A stretch of 64,000 nt of DNA from Patescibacteria group bacterium (GCA_049319825.1 JBMORT010000006.1:16012-80011); one strand, 5' to 3'; positions 47,344 to 57,943 are shown, counted from the first letter of the stretch. Notes: generated by a model from the sequence alone, not told the origin. Numbers and translations: made by a program.

Positions 47344-47377
47344 ATTAAACAATAATATATTTTTAAACTATTATTTT

Positions 47378-49186
47378 ATGGCAAATAATGATTCTCTCCT
47401 CGATAACCGCAAAGTTTTTTTGTATGTGTTGATTTCAATTTTAGTACTATTGGTTATCACCAATTGTGTTACGCTTTATTTTTTTATCACCAAAAGAGGT
47501 TCGCAGCCGGTGTTTGAGAAAAAGTCGCCAATGGCGATCGATCAAGTCTCGCCCACAGCGGACGTAGATTCAATGGCCACGCCGGATGCGAGCGAGTCGG
47601 TGTTAAACAATGAAGTGGTATCCGACGGCATGACCACCACCGAGAATGTGGATGTGGCGTGGTATGACGTCAGTTCTCTAAAAAATATCGGTGCGAAAGG
47701 TTTTTTTGGAGATAATTATGATGCGGTATTAAAAAAAGTCACCTCGAATTCAAAAATTGAAACGGCTTATAATAAAGACGCCATTGATAACTCGGAGTAT
47801 TTTAAAATCGGGAAGATTATCAGCGGCTCCTATAAAGATAAAGAGCTGTATTTGATATCGCCAATGATCGAAATGGCTCCCACTCAGTTTTTTCGGGTAA
47901 TTAAGAATGGCGATCAATATGTGGTATTATCCAAATATTCCGCGGAACTTTTCGGATTATATCTTTCCGTTTATACGGTTAATGACATGATCACCATCCG
48001 CAATCTGGAAACGCCTAATACGATCGGAATTCCAAACTCCTCCGTAAATTTGATCAAAGCCAATGCCGAGCGGTATTTGATGTTCCAAACCATTGAATCT
48101 TCGTCTTTAACCAAACTTTTCGAATATGCTCGTGGTCAGTATGTTTATAAGTATCATGTCTCTGAATTTGAAGTCTGCTTTTTAGCCATCGCTTCGGATG
48201 GAACCGTAAGAGAATATGAATTCGATATTTTAGGCGGAAGAAAATTAGGAGCCGAAGCTGCTCAGCTGCCCATTGTTTGGTCAAGTGGCGCTTCAAACAA
48301 ATATGAATTTTATAAGGGCAGCATCGGCGGTTGCGGTGTCGGGCGTTGTTATAACTACCCGGACAGTCTGACTGCAAACGATTTGGTCAAATCCGGAGTG
48401 CTTTCCGGAAAATATGATGTTTTTGAATTAAGGGAAGGCGCCTTGCTGAGCGACGGTGTATCTTATTTGCGCAGAATGTACGATGATTATTACCCCGGAT
48501 ATGATTCGGCGACCGACACAGCTTTGGAAAAAATACCTTACGAAACATTTATCAAGGAGCACCCGGTTATTTTCTGGAAAGATCCTTTCGGTGGTTATGC
48601 TGAATTTAGAAACATGAGTTTCATTCCCGCAGTCGAATGCGGTAAGCCGGTGATCTACCTGTATCCCGAAAAAGAAATGGATGTGACTGTAAAAGTTAAT
48701 CCTAATGGCGGATTCTCAGTCACTGAACCTGCGTATAATGGCGGCTGGCTGGTAAAAGCCACGCCAGAAGGAAATCTGTTCAATTATGCCGATAAAAAAT
48801 ATTATCCGTATCTGTTCTGGGAAGGCAAAGGCATGTTTTATCAGCGGCCGCAGCAAGGTTTTGTAGTGGCGAAAAAGGATGTTGAAAAATTTCTTTGGGA
48901 TAAATTGGCCCTGCTTGGATTAAATGAGAATGAATCAGCTGAATTCATCGAATTCTGGCTGCCGAGAATGCAAAATCGAAATTATTATTTCATCACTTTT
49001 GTGCCCCAGTCTCAGTTTGACCGGCTGGCGCCGCTTAGCGTCAGTCCGAAGCCGGATACGGTGATTCGCGTATTTATGGATTATGAAGGATTGGATCACC
49101 CGGTCAAAGTAGCTGCCCAAAAGATTGCCACTCCGGAGAGAAACGGCTTTACCGTGGTCGAATGGGGCGGTGCGCTGCATCAATAA
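47378..49186 (+). CDS. hypothetical membrane-anchored (N-terminal TM) extracytoplasmic protein (about 602 aa)
   Basis: ATG start at MANNDSLL. The ORF track's TTG at 47336 lies inside the terminator U tract. TM segment VFLYVLISILVLLVITNCVTLYFFI. No recognised domain. Confidence 0.65.
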   Translation: MANNDSLLDNRKVFLYVLISILVLLVITNCVTLYFFITKRGSQPVFEKKSPMAIDQVSPTADVDSMATPDASESVLNNEVVSDGMTTTENVDVAWYDVSSLKNIGAKGFFGDNYDAVLKKVTSNSKIETAYNKDAIDNSEYFKIGKIISGSYKDKELYLISPMIEMAPTQFFRVIKNGDQYVVLSKYSAELFGLYLSVYTVNDMITIRNLETPNTIGIPNSSVNLIKANAERYLMFQTIESSSLTKLFEYARGQYVYKYHVSEFEVCFLAIASDGTVREYEFDILGGRKLGAEAAQLPIVWSSGASNKYEFYKGSIGGCGVGRCYNYPDSLTANDLVKSGVLSGKYDVFELREGALLSDGVSYLRRMYDDYYPGYDSATDTALEKIPYETFIKEHPVIFWKDPFGGYAEFRNMSFIPAVECGKPVIYLYPEKEMDVTVKVNPNGGFSVTEPAYNGGWLVKATPEGNLFNYADKKYYPYLFWEGKGMFYQRPQQGFVVAKKDVEKFLWDKLALLGLNENESAEFIEFWLPRMQNRNYYFITFVPQSQFDRLAPLSVSPKPDTVIRVFMDYEGLDHPVKVAAQKIATPERNGFTVVEWGGALHQ

Positions 49187-50068
49187 ATGAAACCAAATTT
49201 TTTCAAAATAATTTTAGTGCCGGTGATCCTGCTTGTTTTAATTCAAGCAGGATTGCTGTTAATTTTAATATGCAAAGATCGGGAAGCTGTTGATTATGAT
49301 ACGGTGCACTTTTCGTTTATCAATGATAAAAAATTTTTCGATCAAGCTTACGAGCAGGCTGCCGATCAGGTCAGCAATCCGCCAGGCCGCATATATGCGG
49401 GAATCGTTCCGCATCATTTGATAGTCAAAGATAAGATTGCCGCGTTTTTTATCGGGCTGGAAAAGTTTGATTATGATACGGTCATTTTAATCGGTCCGAA
49501 TCATTATAATGCTGGCAATGCCAGAAGAATAGCTTCCGGCGCTGCTTGGAGTACCCCGTACGGCGTACTGGAGCCGGATTTGGAATTGATTGAAAAAATT
49601 ACCGGCGTCACCAGGGTCGCTATTGACGAATCCCCATTTGATGATGAGCACAGCATCTCAGGAATTGTGCCGTTTATTAAAAAAAGCTTGCCCGATGCCA
49701 AAGTCGTGCCGATTATCGTTAAGGATACTGTCAGCGCCAGCGAAGCCGAGTCATTGGCTGAAGTGATTTTTAATTTTGTCGATCCGGAAAAAACTTTAAT
49801 CTTGGTCAGCATTGATTTTTCGCATGATAAAACAGCTGAACCGGCTGACATCGATGATGAGATTAGCAATGAAGCGATTTTAAATGCGGATTTTGAGAAA
49901 ATATACAGTCTGGAGCTCGACTCTCGACCATCGGTTTATTTTATGGTAAGCTATTTACGGCTATTGGGAAAGAGCGAGGCAGAGCGAATTTTCCATACCA
50001 ATTCCGGCAAAATGCTCGGCAAGCCGAGTGAGCCGACCACCAGCCATCAAGTCTTTTACTTTTATTAA
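49187..50068 (+). CDS. MEMO1/AmmeMemoRadiSam-system-protein-B-like protein with N-terminal TM
   Basis: GIVPHHLIVKD...LIGPNHY pattern; 293 aa. Confidence 0.5.
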   Translation: MKPNFFKIILVPVILLVLIQAGLLLILICKDREAVDYDTVHFSFINDKKFFDQAYEQAADQVSNPPGRIYAGIVPHHLIVKDKIAAFFIGLEKFDYDTVILIGPNHYNAGNARRIASGAAWSTPYGVLEPDLELIEKITGVTRVAIDESPFDDEHSISGIVPFIKKSLPDAKVVPIIVKDTVSASEAESLAEVIFNFVDPEKTLILVSIDFSHDKTAEPADIDDEISNEAILNADFEKIYSLELDSRPSVYFMVSYLRLLGKSEAERIFHTNSGKMLGKPSEPTTSHQVFYFY

Positions 50069-50117
50069 GTTCATCAAATCCCTAGTTTCCTGTTTCTATA
50101 TCCCAATTTCAATTTCA

Positions 50118-50193
50118 CGGGGCGTAGCGCAGTTGGTAGCGCGCAGCGTTCGGGACGCTGAGGCCGCTGGTTCAAGTCCAGTCGCCCCGACCA
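50118..50193 (+). tRNA. tRNA-Pro (anticodon CGG)
   Basis: Cloverleaf: acceptor cggggcg/cgccccg, D-stem gcgc, anticodon loop ttCGGga, T-loop ttcaagt, CCA encoded; 76 nt. Confidence 0.9.
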
Positions 50194-50218
50194 TTCTTCG
50201 CTCGATAGAGCGAAGAAT
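50193..50218. other. perfect 11-bp hairpin (attcttcgctc-gata-gagcgaagaat) abutting the tRNA-Pro 3' end, with no U tract
   Basis: It is the first of several AGCGAAG(G/A)-containing repeats in 50194-50560. Confidence 0.5.
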
Positions 50219-50634
50219 GTCCTTCGACTTGTCCTCCGAAGCTCAAAAGAGCGAAGGAGGAAGCTTCAGCGAAGAAGGACCGGTAGACTAGTTTATGCTG
50301 CTTTTATCGGAGCGAGCTTCGAATGGCGCGGCCATATAAAAGAGGAAGCTATTGCGAAGAACGACAAGATTATCATGGAACACGTAACACATAGCACATA
50401 ACACATAACATGGCAGAAATACGATAAACGAAAAACGAGATTAGGCAGCAGGCAGTAGCTTGTCGCGTTAATATTGCCTATTGCCTTTCGTATCTCGCCT
50501 GCCAACCGTAGCCGTAGCGAAGGCTGGTGTTTCGTCTTTCAACTGTAAACTTGTTTCTGAATCGTCCGTCATTTGACAGCGTTTTTTTGTCGATTAAAAT
50601 ACGATATTGGCAATTACCAGAAAGGAGATGGTAG

Positions 50635-51159
50635 ATGAAGATAGTCGCCATTGTTATGGGCTATGGTTGTCATCTGAGCGCTGGCCTGAAAGCCTATTTG
50701 GACGTGGTGGTGAATTTTGCCAAATATAACCAGCTGGTCGCGATCATTTGCAGTGGCGGCTTTACGAATCAAAAAAGCGCTCCCGGCATCAGCGAGGCGA
50801 GCGTGCTGGCCGGCTATTTACGGCATTGCGGGGTTTTCCAGCCCATATACCTCGACGAATCAGCCAGAACTACGTCTGAGAATCTTTACGGCGCCCGAAG
50901 GGTCATGGCGGAAAAGAGTCTGAGGCCGGACAGGATCGTCATATTCTGCGATACGGCCCGGGCCATGAAAGTCAGGATTCTGGCCAGGCTGATTTTGGGA
51001 AATTGGCCATTGATCATTACCTATGATTTGAGTAAAAGAAAAGTTGAGTGGTTGAAGCAAACGATGATCGCGACCCCGCTTGACGTGGCCGGCATGGCCA
51101 TTCCGGAGATTAGGCGGGCGATGTTGCGGCGAAGGCAAAAATTTATGGCGAAAAGCTAA
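50635..51159 (+). CDS. DUF218 (YdcF/ElyC/SanA-like) domain protein
   Basis: ICSGGFTNQKSAPGISEASVLAGYL...TTSENL pattern, with AAAGGAG RBS; 174 aa. Confidence 0.7.
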   Translation: MKIVAIVMGYGCHLSAGLKAYLDVVVNFAKYNQLVAIICSGGFTNQKSAPGISEASVLAGYLRHCGVFQPIYLDESARTTSENLYGARRVMAEKSLRPDRIVIFCDTARAMKVRILARLILGNWPLIITYDLSKRKVEWLKQTMIATPLDVAGMAIPEIRRAMLRRRQKFMAKS

Positions 51160-51192
51160 AGGCTTACGATAAAATCACGGGCCTTTTATTAT

Positions 51193-52236
51193 ATGGTTAT
51201 AACCACAAACATTATGTCCAATAAAATCATTGAAAAATATTTCAGCCAGGCGAATTTTGCTGACAGGGAAGAAGAAGTTCTGCGTCAAGTGCTTACGGAA
51301 ACGGGTTTTAAGATTGAAAAAGAAATTTTCCGCGGTGTCATTTACAAAAAAGAAAAAGTGGGCAGCTTGATTTATAAAGGTGAATATCAGGGGCGGCCGG
51401 CTGTGTTAAAGCTTCAGGGATTAAAACCAGAAGTCGAAGAAGCGGAAATTTTAAAAAGGTTTCTCGATCAAAACGGCAGCGCCAAAGTTCGGGTGCCGGC
51501 TCTTTACGCTTCTCAAGGATGGGATGAAGCTACGGGGTATTGTTATTTGATCACTGAATATATTGACGCCCCGAAGATTTTTGAAATGCCTTTCGCCAGC
51601 AATGAGGAGACGAGAGACTTTGCCGATTTTTATCAGGAATACAGAACTTCCGTTTTGACCAAACCATGGCTCGAGTCGGAGAGTTTGGACGCGGTTAAGT
51701 TTTCAATGGATAGGGTGGAAAATTGGCAAAAAATTTCAGAATCAGTCAGCCGATTAAAGAAGGAAGACTATGAGCCATATTTAGAGAAGTATAAAGAATT
51801 AGCGGCAAAGCATTTCGCGTCAGTGCCCATGGTTTTTTCTCACGGCCATCTGACGGCCGATGACATTTATAAAATGCCCAATGGGCAATATGTCATTTTG
51901 TCGAATTTGTTTTGGTCATATCGGCCCGAGTGGTATGATTTGGCGTTTAATATTTGGGCGTGTTTGCTTAAAATCAGAGACGTTAATTACAGTTTTGAAG
52001 AAATGATTGAATACGTGAATAAATGGCTCGATGTTTATAGACAGATTCCTGTTGTTAAACTAGATCCTGATTTTGAAAGGAAAATGCGCGTTTTGCTTTT
52101 GGAAAGAACCATGGGCTCAATTTTAGTTGATTTGGGCGCTGGAGATTTTTATGGCGAAGAGAAAAACAAAAAATACTTTGATCATTTATTAAAACTTCAT
52201 CAGCGGTTTTTTAATTATTTAGCCGAAAAGCTTTAA
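51193..52236 (+). CDS. phosphotransferase-family (APH/choline-kinase-like) protein kinase fold
   Basis: FSHGHLTADDIY (Brenner-like catalytic motif); 347 aa. Confidence 0.55.
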   Translation: MVITTNIMSNKIIEKYFSQANFADREEEVLRQVLTETGFKIEKEIFRGVIYKKEKVGSLIYKGEYQGRPAVLKLQGLKPEVEEAEILKRFLDQNGSAKVRVPALYASQGWDEATGYCYLITEYIDAPKIFEMPFASNEETRDFADFYQEYRTSVLTKPWLESESLDAVKFSMDRVENWQKISESVSRLKKEDYEPYLEKYKELAAKHFASVPMVFSHGHLTADDIYKMPNGQYVILSNLFWSYRPEWYDLAFNIWACLLKIRDVNYSFEEMIEYVNKWLDVYRQIPVVKLDPDFERKMRVLLLERTMGSILVDLGAGDFYGEEKNKKYFDHLLKLHQRFFNYLAEKL

Positions 52237-52246
52237 AAAAATAACA

Positions 52247-52283
52247 CCGCCGAACAAGTAGATTGTCCGGCGGTTTTTTTTGA
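52247..52283. terminator. rho-independent terminator (accgccg...cggcggt plus a T9 run); possibly bidirectional
   Basis: Lies between convergent genes. Confidence 0.65.
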
Positions 52284-52312
52284 TTAATGTTGAGGATGGA
52301 GGTGGAAGTGGG

Positions 52313-52633
52313 TTAGTCGTCGGTGGGATCGAAGTCCTTCATGTCCTTTCTGGCTGCCAGCCAGAGAATGGCCAGGGAGAGGAAGGCTGTGATGGCGAAG
52401 GGGATGGCGAGGTTGAGGAGGGCCAGGCCGGCGCCGTAGATGTTCGGCATGGTATTGGTTCCCATGCCCAACGCCGGGGCCAGCCAATGGATCCATCCGA
52501 TGCAGAAGCCCACGAAAAGGGCGGGGAAGAAGCCGATCGACAGCCATGCCGCCAGCTTGACCGGCAGCATTTTCTTGAAAGCCTCGAGCATTTTTTCCAG
52601 GCCACAGGTCAGCATCTCGTTCAGATATTTCAT
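52313..52633 (-). CDS. small hypothetical membrane protein (106 aa), local GC about 58%
   Basis: Start at MKYLNEML with AAGGA 8 nt upstream. Three or four TM helices, and an acidic C-terminus. Confidence 0.55.
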   Translation of the reverse strand: MKYLNEMLTCGLEKMLEAFKKMLPVKLAAWLSIGFFPALFVGFCIGWIHWLAPALGMGTNTMPNIYGAGLALLNLAIPFAITAFLSLAILWLAARKDMKDFDPTDD

Positions 52634-52872
52634 TGTGTCCATCCTTGTCGAAGTTGAATGATGCCGAGTAGCCACCTGCTCTCGTTTTTAGCTGATTTTA
52701 TTGCTAAAAAACAGATAAAAACCAAAGCAGATTTTTAAATCATATAACATTATATCATTAAAATTTATTTTGTCAATGAAATAAATTATTTTTTCGCTAA
52801 AATTAGTTATTTAATATATTGCGCTAAATTTTATAAAATAGTATAATATGGCTATAATAAATAAGATTTTTT

Positions 52873-53304
52873 ATGCAAATTCAATCTCCGTCCTTTTCTC
52901 AAGACCGGCCCATTCCGTCAAAATTCACTTGCGACGGTGAAAACATTAACCCTGAATTATTAATTGCTGATGTCCCTGAAAATGCCCTGAGTTTGGCATT
53001 GATCTTCGATGACCCGGATTCGCCCAGCGGCACTTGGACTCACTGGACAGTGTGGAACATTGATCCGAAGATTTCAAGTATTGCGGAAAACTCGATTCCA
53101 GGAATAGAAGGCGTAACGAGTTTCGGCGATGTCAAATACGGCGGCCCTTGCCCGGGATCCGGCGAGCATCGCTATGTATTTAAGCTTTATGCCTTGGATG
53201 CCAAGCTTGAACTGGAATCAGGCGCTGATGTTAATGCTCTTTTAAAATCAATGGAAGGGCATATCTTGGAGCAGGCAGAGGTGATGGGAGTGTACGCACG
53301 GTAA
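52873..53304 (+). CDS. YbhB/YbcL-family PEBP (Raf-kinase-inhibitor-like) protein
   Basis: LIFDDPDSPSGTWTHWTVWNI...GEHRYVFKLYALD motifs. Confidence 0.8.
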   Translation: MQIQSPSFSQDRPIPSKFTCDGENINPELLIADVPENALSLALIFDDPDSPSGTWTHWTVWNIDPKISSIAENSIPGIEGVTSFGDVKYGGPCPGSGEHRYVFKLYALDAKLELESGADVNALLKSMEGHILEQAEVMGVYAR

Positions 53305-53447
53305 ATTCTAAATCCGAATCCCTCGACTACGCTCAAGACAAATATCGAAATTCAAAACAATATTTAAATTCCAAATAGGGTTTTTGAAGAATTGAGATTT
53401 CGATATTAGGATTTGTTTAGAATTTAGGGTTTAGATATTAGATTTTT

Positions 53448-54608
53448 ATGAAACGAGGCATCGCCACCTTTACTTTAGACACCGGCAAGTGCCCGAAATG
53501 GCTTTTCGAGCGCATGGTTAAGCTTGGCCGGGAAATGTCCGAAGTGCTGGTGGCTGAATACGGGCCTGATGAATTTATAAAAAGAATGGCTGATCCGGTT
53601 TGGTTTCAATCTTTGGGAACTGTTTTAGCTTTTGATTGGAACGCCAGCGGCCTGACGACCATTTTAACGGCCGCGCTCAAAGAAGCGATTCGCGGCCAGG
53701 AAGAGCAGCTGGGTGTTTTTATTTGCGGCGGCAAAGGCAAGACGTCGAGAAAAACTCCGGAACAAATTACGAATTGGGGCTGGCGGCTGAGATTGCCCAA
53801 GCAGCATACGGAAAATCTGGTTTACAATTCGCGCATGAGCGCCAAAGTGGACAGCTCTTTGATTCAGGACGGCTATCAAATTTACCATCACACTTTCTTT
53901 TTTTCAAAAAATGGCGCCTGGACAGTGGTTCAGCAAGGCATGAATCAGGAAACTCAGTCCGCCCGGCGCTACCACTGGCATTCGGATAATGTTAAAGACT
54001 TGATCGTCGAACCGCACACCGGCATCGCTTCGCAGCTTTTTGATACAACGGATAAGACATTGAATATGACCGCGCAAAAGTCTGACCAGAGCCGCAATCT
54101 TTCCATTGAAATGGTCAATTCCAGCTTTCAAACAGTGATGAAAGATATTCAGCTGCTCAGGAAGCATTCTTCAAGCCTGTCTCAGATGTTGGGTTTAAAA
54201 AAAGGCCAGCAGGAATTCACTTTTTTGAATTTGGAAGACAGAGAGTTTCGATCTCATCCGGTAATTTTTGAAGATTTTTCAAAGAGCAAATATCTGGAAA
54301 AAATTTTATGGCAGGTGTGCGACCAGAAGCCGGAAAGTTACGAGAAATTTTTGGCCATGGAAGGTGTCGGTCCGAAAACGGTCAGAGCCTTGGCTTTGGT
54401 GGGCGAGGTGATTTACGGAGCAGATCCTTCGTATGAAGATCCGGCGCGCTACAGCTTCGCCCATGGCGGCAAAGACAGCACGCCATATCCGGTTGATTGC
54501 GATACTTTTGACCAGAGCATTGAAATTTTGCGCCGCGCCGTGCAAAAGACCAAGCTTGACGCTTCAGAAAAAAATAAAGCGGTTAAAAGATTGATTAATG
54601 CGAAATAA
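53448..54608 (+). CDS. DUF763-domain protein
   Basis: N-terminus GIATFTLDTGKCPKWLFERMVKLGREM matches the DUF763 signature; 386 aa. Confidence 0.6.
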   Translation: MKRGIATFTLDTGKCPKWLFERMVKLGREMSEVLVAEYGPDEFIKRMADPVWFQSLGTVLAFDWNASGLTTILTAALKEAIRGQEEQLGVFICGGKGKTSRKTPEQITNWGWRLRLPKQHTENLVYNSRMSAKVDSSLIQDGYQIYHHTFFFSKNGAWTVVQQGMNQETQSARRYHWHSDNVKDLIVEPHTGIASQLFDTTDKTLNMTAQKSDQSRNLSIEMVNSSFQTVMKDIQLLRKHSSSLSQMLGLKKGQQEFTFLNLEDREFRSHPVIFEDFSKSKYLEKILWQVCDQKPESYEKFLAMEGVGPKTVRALALVGEVIYGADPSYEDPARYSFAHGGKDSTPYPVDCDTFDQSIEILRRAVQKTKLDASEKNKAVKRLINAK

Positions 54609-54637
54609 AAAAACCGCGAAAAGTGTTTCGCGGACAA

Positions 54638-54850
54638 TTAAAATATTTCTTTGGGCTTTCCCGGCACTTGCGTGTGCTCTTCGATTTCGCGAAGCCGCTC
54701 AGCCAGGGCCAGGCATCTTGAATTTCTGCATGTTTTGAGATGATTGATGATTTCCTCATGAGAAACAGTATCTCCGCCAAGCGGAATGCGTTTAAATGCA
54801 TTGGCTTTTATCAGATTTTGAAATTGTTCGATAACTGTGCAGGATACCAT
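54638..54850 (-). CDS. small hypothetical Cys-containing protein (70 aa)
   Basis: AAGGAGG lies 5 nt upstream of the ATG (MVSCTVIEQF...). Confidence 0.5.
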   Translation of the reverse strand: MVSCTVIEQFQNLIKANAFKRIPLGGDTVSHEEIINHLKTCRNSRCLALAERLREIEEHTQVPGKPKEIF

Positions 54851-55165
54851 GTGTCCTCCTTGTGCCTCGCTTATTATTTGCATATAATATTATATAAGTA
54901 ACGGATAAATGTCAAAGGTTATCAAGTAGCATGTGAATTTAGCTTGTAGGTGGTAGCTTGTAGGATATGGTAGGGATACGTTAACGAAATTCGTTATGTC
55001 GAAATTCGATTCTCATGTTTCATTTCTCGTTCTCAACAATCAGCAATTAACAATTAACAATTAACCTCGTAACGTCGTAACCTCATAACATCTTAACCAT
55101 TTTTCCTTCTAACGCCTTTAATGTATTTAACGTATTTAATCTTTAACGCATTTAACGCACACCAT

Positions 55166-55783
55166 ATGAAAATTATTTTTGCCACTCACAACCAAGGCAA
55201 AGTCAAAGAAATGAAAGAGATTTTAAATGATTCAAAGATCTTTTTTGAAATAATTACCTTAGACGAGGCCGGCATTAAAGATGAAATTGTTGAAGACGGC
55301 AAAACAATTGAAGATAATGCCTTGAAAAAGGCCAGAGAAATTTCCAAAAAGACAGGCGAGTGGGCGATCGGAGAAGACTCCGGTATTTTTATTACCGCGC
55401 TCGACGGTCTGCCCGGAGTGAAGACCGCGCGCTGGGGAGATGAAGACGGAATTAACCATGAACGTTTATATGAGTATTGCCTTGATCAAATGATCAATGT
55501 CCCCGCCGGAAAAAGGCAGGCATCTTTTGAAACAGCGTTGGCTTTGGTGTCTCCCGACGGGAATGAATGGATGTTTAAAGGTCAAATTGACGGGGTGATC
55601 GCCGAGCAGCCAAAGGGCGAGCCGCGGTCGGGTCTGCCTTATGACATGGTATTTATTCCCGAAGGATATGAAACCACCTTCGCGGAGATGACTGACGAAG
55701 AAAAAAACGCCTTGAGCCACCGGGGAAAAGCATTCAGGGACTTTGCTAAATTTTTAAAGATAAAAGGTTCTTTATTAAAATAA
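55166..55783 (+). CDS. rdgB: non-canonical purine NTP pyrophosphatase (RdgB/HAM1 family)
   Basis: MKIIFATHNQGKVKE N-terminus and SHRGKAF C-terminal motif. Confidence 0.85.
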   Translation: MKIIFATHNQGKVKEMKEILNDSKIFFEIITLDEAGIKDEIVEDGKTIEDNALKKAREISKKTGEWAIGEDSGIFITALDGLPGVKTARWGDEDGINHERLYEYCLDQMINVPAGKRQASFETALALVSPDGNEWMFKGQIDGVIAEQPKGEPRSGLPYDMVFIPEGYETTFAEMTDEEKNALSHRGKAFRDFAKFLKIKGSLLK

Positions 55784-55784
55784 T

Positions 55785-56255
55785 ATGAAAATCAAAATCA
55801 ATTATTTTTTAATCCCGCTTATCGTGCTGGCTGTTTCTGTTATCGGCAGCTTTTTAACCAGTTCGGGAATGGATTGGTATGATACGATAAATCTGCCGTC
55901 ATTCACGCCGCCGGGTTCAGTAATCGGCGCTGTCTGGACAGTGATTTTTATTCTCAGCGCCATCTCAGCCTTGATCGTTTGGAACAAAACAAAGCATGAT
56001 AATATTTTTCGAGTTATTGTCGTTGTGTTTTTAATCAATGCTTTTTTAAATGTATTATGGAGCGCGCTATATTTTAATCAGCAGATGATTTTTGAATCGT
56101 TAATAGAAATTTTTGTATTGAATGTTACGAACTTGGCTCTGATAATATTGATTTGGTTCAGATCAAAGGCGGCAGCTATTTTGTTAATGCCTTATTTTGG
56201 CTGGGTAAGTTTCGCCTCATATTTGTTATTCAACATTTGGCAGCTTAACCGATAA
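55785..56255 (+). CDS. TspO/MBR family tryptophan-rich sensory protein
   Basis: Five-TM protein with W...LN..W.ALYFN pattern; 156 aa. Confidence 0.8.
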   Translation: MKIKINYFLIPLIVLAVSVIGSFLTSSGMDWYDTINLPSFTPPGSVIGAVWTVIFILSAISALIVWNKTKHDNIFRVIVVVFLINAFLNVLWSALYFNQQMIFESLIEIFVLNVTNLALIILIWFRSKAAAILLMPYFGWVSFASYLLFNIWQLNR

Positions 56256-56299
56256 CTGTTATAATAATAAAAAGCAATATAAATAATTAATCGGAAATT

Positions 56300-56518
56300 A
56301 TGAAAAAGATGAACGCTTTGGATTGGATTGCTCTGATTTTAACCGTCGTCGGCGGTTTGAATTGGGGTTTGGTCGGCGTTTTCAAGTTTGACTTGGTGGC
56401 GACGATTTTTGGGGGGGCGGAAGCGCTTCTTGCCAGAATCGTTTACACTCTTGTCGGCATCGCGGCCATTTATTTGATCATTGCCGCTGCGGCCAAATCT
56501 GGCAAGCAGCAGATGTAA
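56300..56518 (+). CDS. DUF378 small membrane protein
   Basis: GGLNWGLVGVFKFDLVATIFGG signature. Confidence 0.7.
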   Translation: MKKMNALDWIALILTVVGGLNWGLVGVFKFDLVATIFGGAEALLARIVYTLVGIAAIYLIIAAAAKSGKQQM

Positions 56519-56534
56519 TCCATTCAATCCCGGG

Positions 56535-56565
56535 GAAGCGGCACTTTTGCCGCTTCTTTTATTTT
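56535..56565 (+). terminator. rho-independent terminator (gaagcggca-cttt-tgccgcttc plus a T run)
   Basis: 9-bp perfect stem. Confidence 0.7.
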
Positions 56566-56590
56566 AAAAGTTGAAGTAAAATATCAGTAT

Positions 56591-57943
56591 ATGATGGAAA
56601 AAAGAGTCAGACAATTAAATAAAAATGACTATCGAAAAGGCCCGATAGTTTATTGGATGTCCAGAGATCAAAGAGCGGCTGACAATTGGGCGATTTTATT
56701 CTCACAAAAATTGGCTAAAGAAAAAAATGTACCAATGGCCGTTGTTTTTTGTTTAGTGCCGGCATATTTAGGCGCGACCATCCGGCAATACGGTTTTATG
56801 CTCAAAGGCTTAAAAGAAGTTGAGTTGAATTTGAAAAAGAAAAAAATCCCATTTTATCTTTTAGAGGGAGATCCTGTGATTGAAATTTCGAAATTTGTGA
56901 AAAATTATAAAATTGGAGCGCTGGTATCTGATTTTGATCCTCTTAAGATTAAGTTAAAATGGAAAAATGATGTTAAAAAACGAATTGATGTGCCTTTTTT
57001 TGAAGTTGACGCGCACAATATCGTGCCCGTCTGGGAAGCATCGCCCAAACAGGAGTTCGGTGCATATACTATTCGACCGAAAATAAAAAAGTTGCTACCG
57101 GTTTTTTTGCATCAATTTCCGGCGGTTAAAAAGCAGACGATCAATTGGCCGCATCCGGTTAAAAAAATTGTTTGGAATCGATTAAAGTTGAATATTGACC
57201 ATGAAATGAAAGAAGCTGACTGGATTGAGCCGGGCGAAGCGGCCGCGAAGAGATCATTGAATCATTTTATAAAAAATAAACTCAGCGATTATTCCGCTGC
57301 TCGAAACGACCCGACCCGAGACGGCCAGTCAAATTTATCGCCCTACCTTCATTTCGGACAGCTGTCAGCACAGCGGGTGGCGATGGAAGTGGCAAAGGCA
57401 AAGGTTGCAAGTGAAAAGTTTAAAGCGGAATTTTTAGAAGAGCTGATTGTCAGAAGGGAATTGGCGGATAATTTTTGTTTTTACAATGGAAAATATGATC
57501 GGTTTGAAGGTTTTCCTGCTTGGGCGAAAAAGACGCTGAATTTGCACCGAAGAGACAAAAGGCAATTTGTATATTCGAGGGGCATTTTTGAAAAAGCCAA
57601 AACTCATGATGATCTGTGGAACGCAGCGCAAATGGAAATGGTCAAGCGAGGCAAAATGCACGGTTATCTGCGGATGTACTGGGCGAAAAAGATTCTGGAG
57701 TGGTCGAAAACTCCGGAACAGGCGCTGCGACTCGCCGTATATTTGAATGACAAATACGAGCTTGATGGCCGCGATCCCAATGGCTATACCGGAATCGCCT
57801 GGTCGATCGGCGGCGTGCATGATCGGGCTTGGGGCGAGCGGCCGATATTTGGCAAAATCCGATTTATGAGCTATAATGGGGCGAAGTCGAAGTTTGATGT
57901 AAAAAAGTATATTGGAATGGTTGAAAAAAATATTGATGGCTGA
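56591..57943 (+). CDS. phr: deoxyribodipyrimidine (CPD) photolyase, class II
   Basis: [21 protein letters not shown]-terminus is characteristic of class II; 450 aa. Confidence 0.8.
   Translation: MMEKRVRQLNKNDYRKGPIVYWMSRDQRAADNWAILFSQKLAKEKNVPMAVVFCLVPAYLGATIRQYGFMLKGLKEVELNLKKKKIPFYLLEGDPVIEISKFVKNYKIGALVSDFDPLKIKLKWKNDVKKRIDVPFFEVDAHNIVPVWEASPKQEFGAYTIRPKIKKLLPVFLHQFPAVKKQTINWPHPVKKIVWNRLKLNIDHEMKEADWIEPGEAAAKRSLNHFIKNKLSDYSAARNDPTRDGQSNLSPYLHFGQLSAQRVAMEVAKAKVASEKFKAEFLEELIVRRELADNFCFYNGKYDRFEGFPAWAKKTLNLHRRDKRQFVYSRGIFEKAKTHDDLWNAAQMEMVKRGKMHGYLRMYWAKKILEWSKTPEQALRLAVYLNDKYELDGRDPNGYTGIAWSIGGVHDRAWGERPIFGKIRFMSYNGAKSKFDVKKYIGMVEKNIDG

Noticed and set aside
47336-47377. TTG start at 47336 for the membrane-protein gene
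   Set aside because: The TTG lies inside the U tract of the leader hairpin. The first ATG (47378, MANNDSLL) was taken instead, with no strong SD either way.
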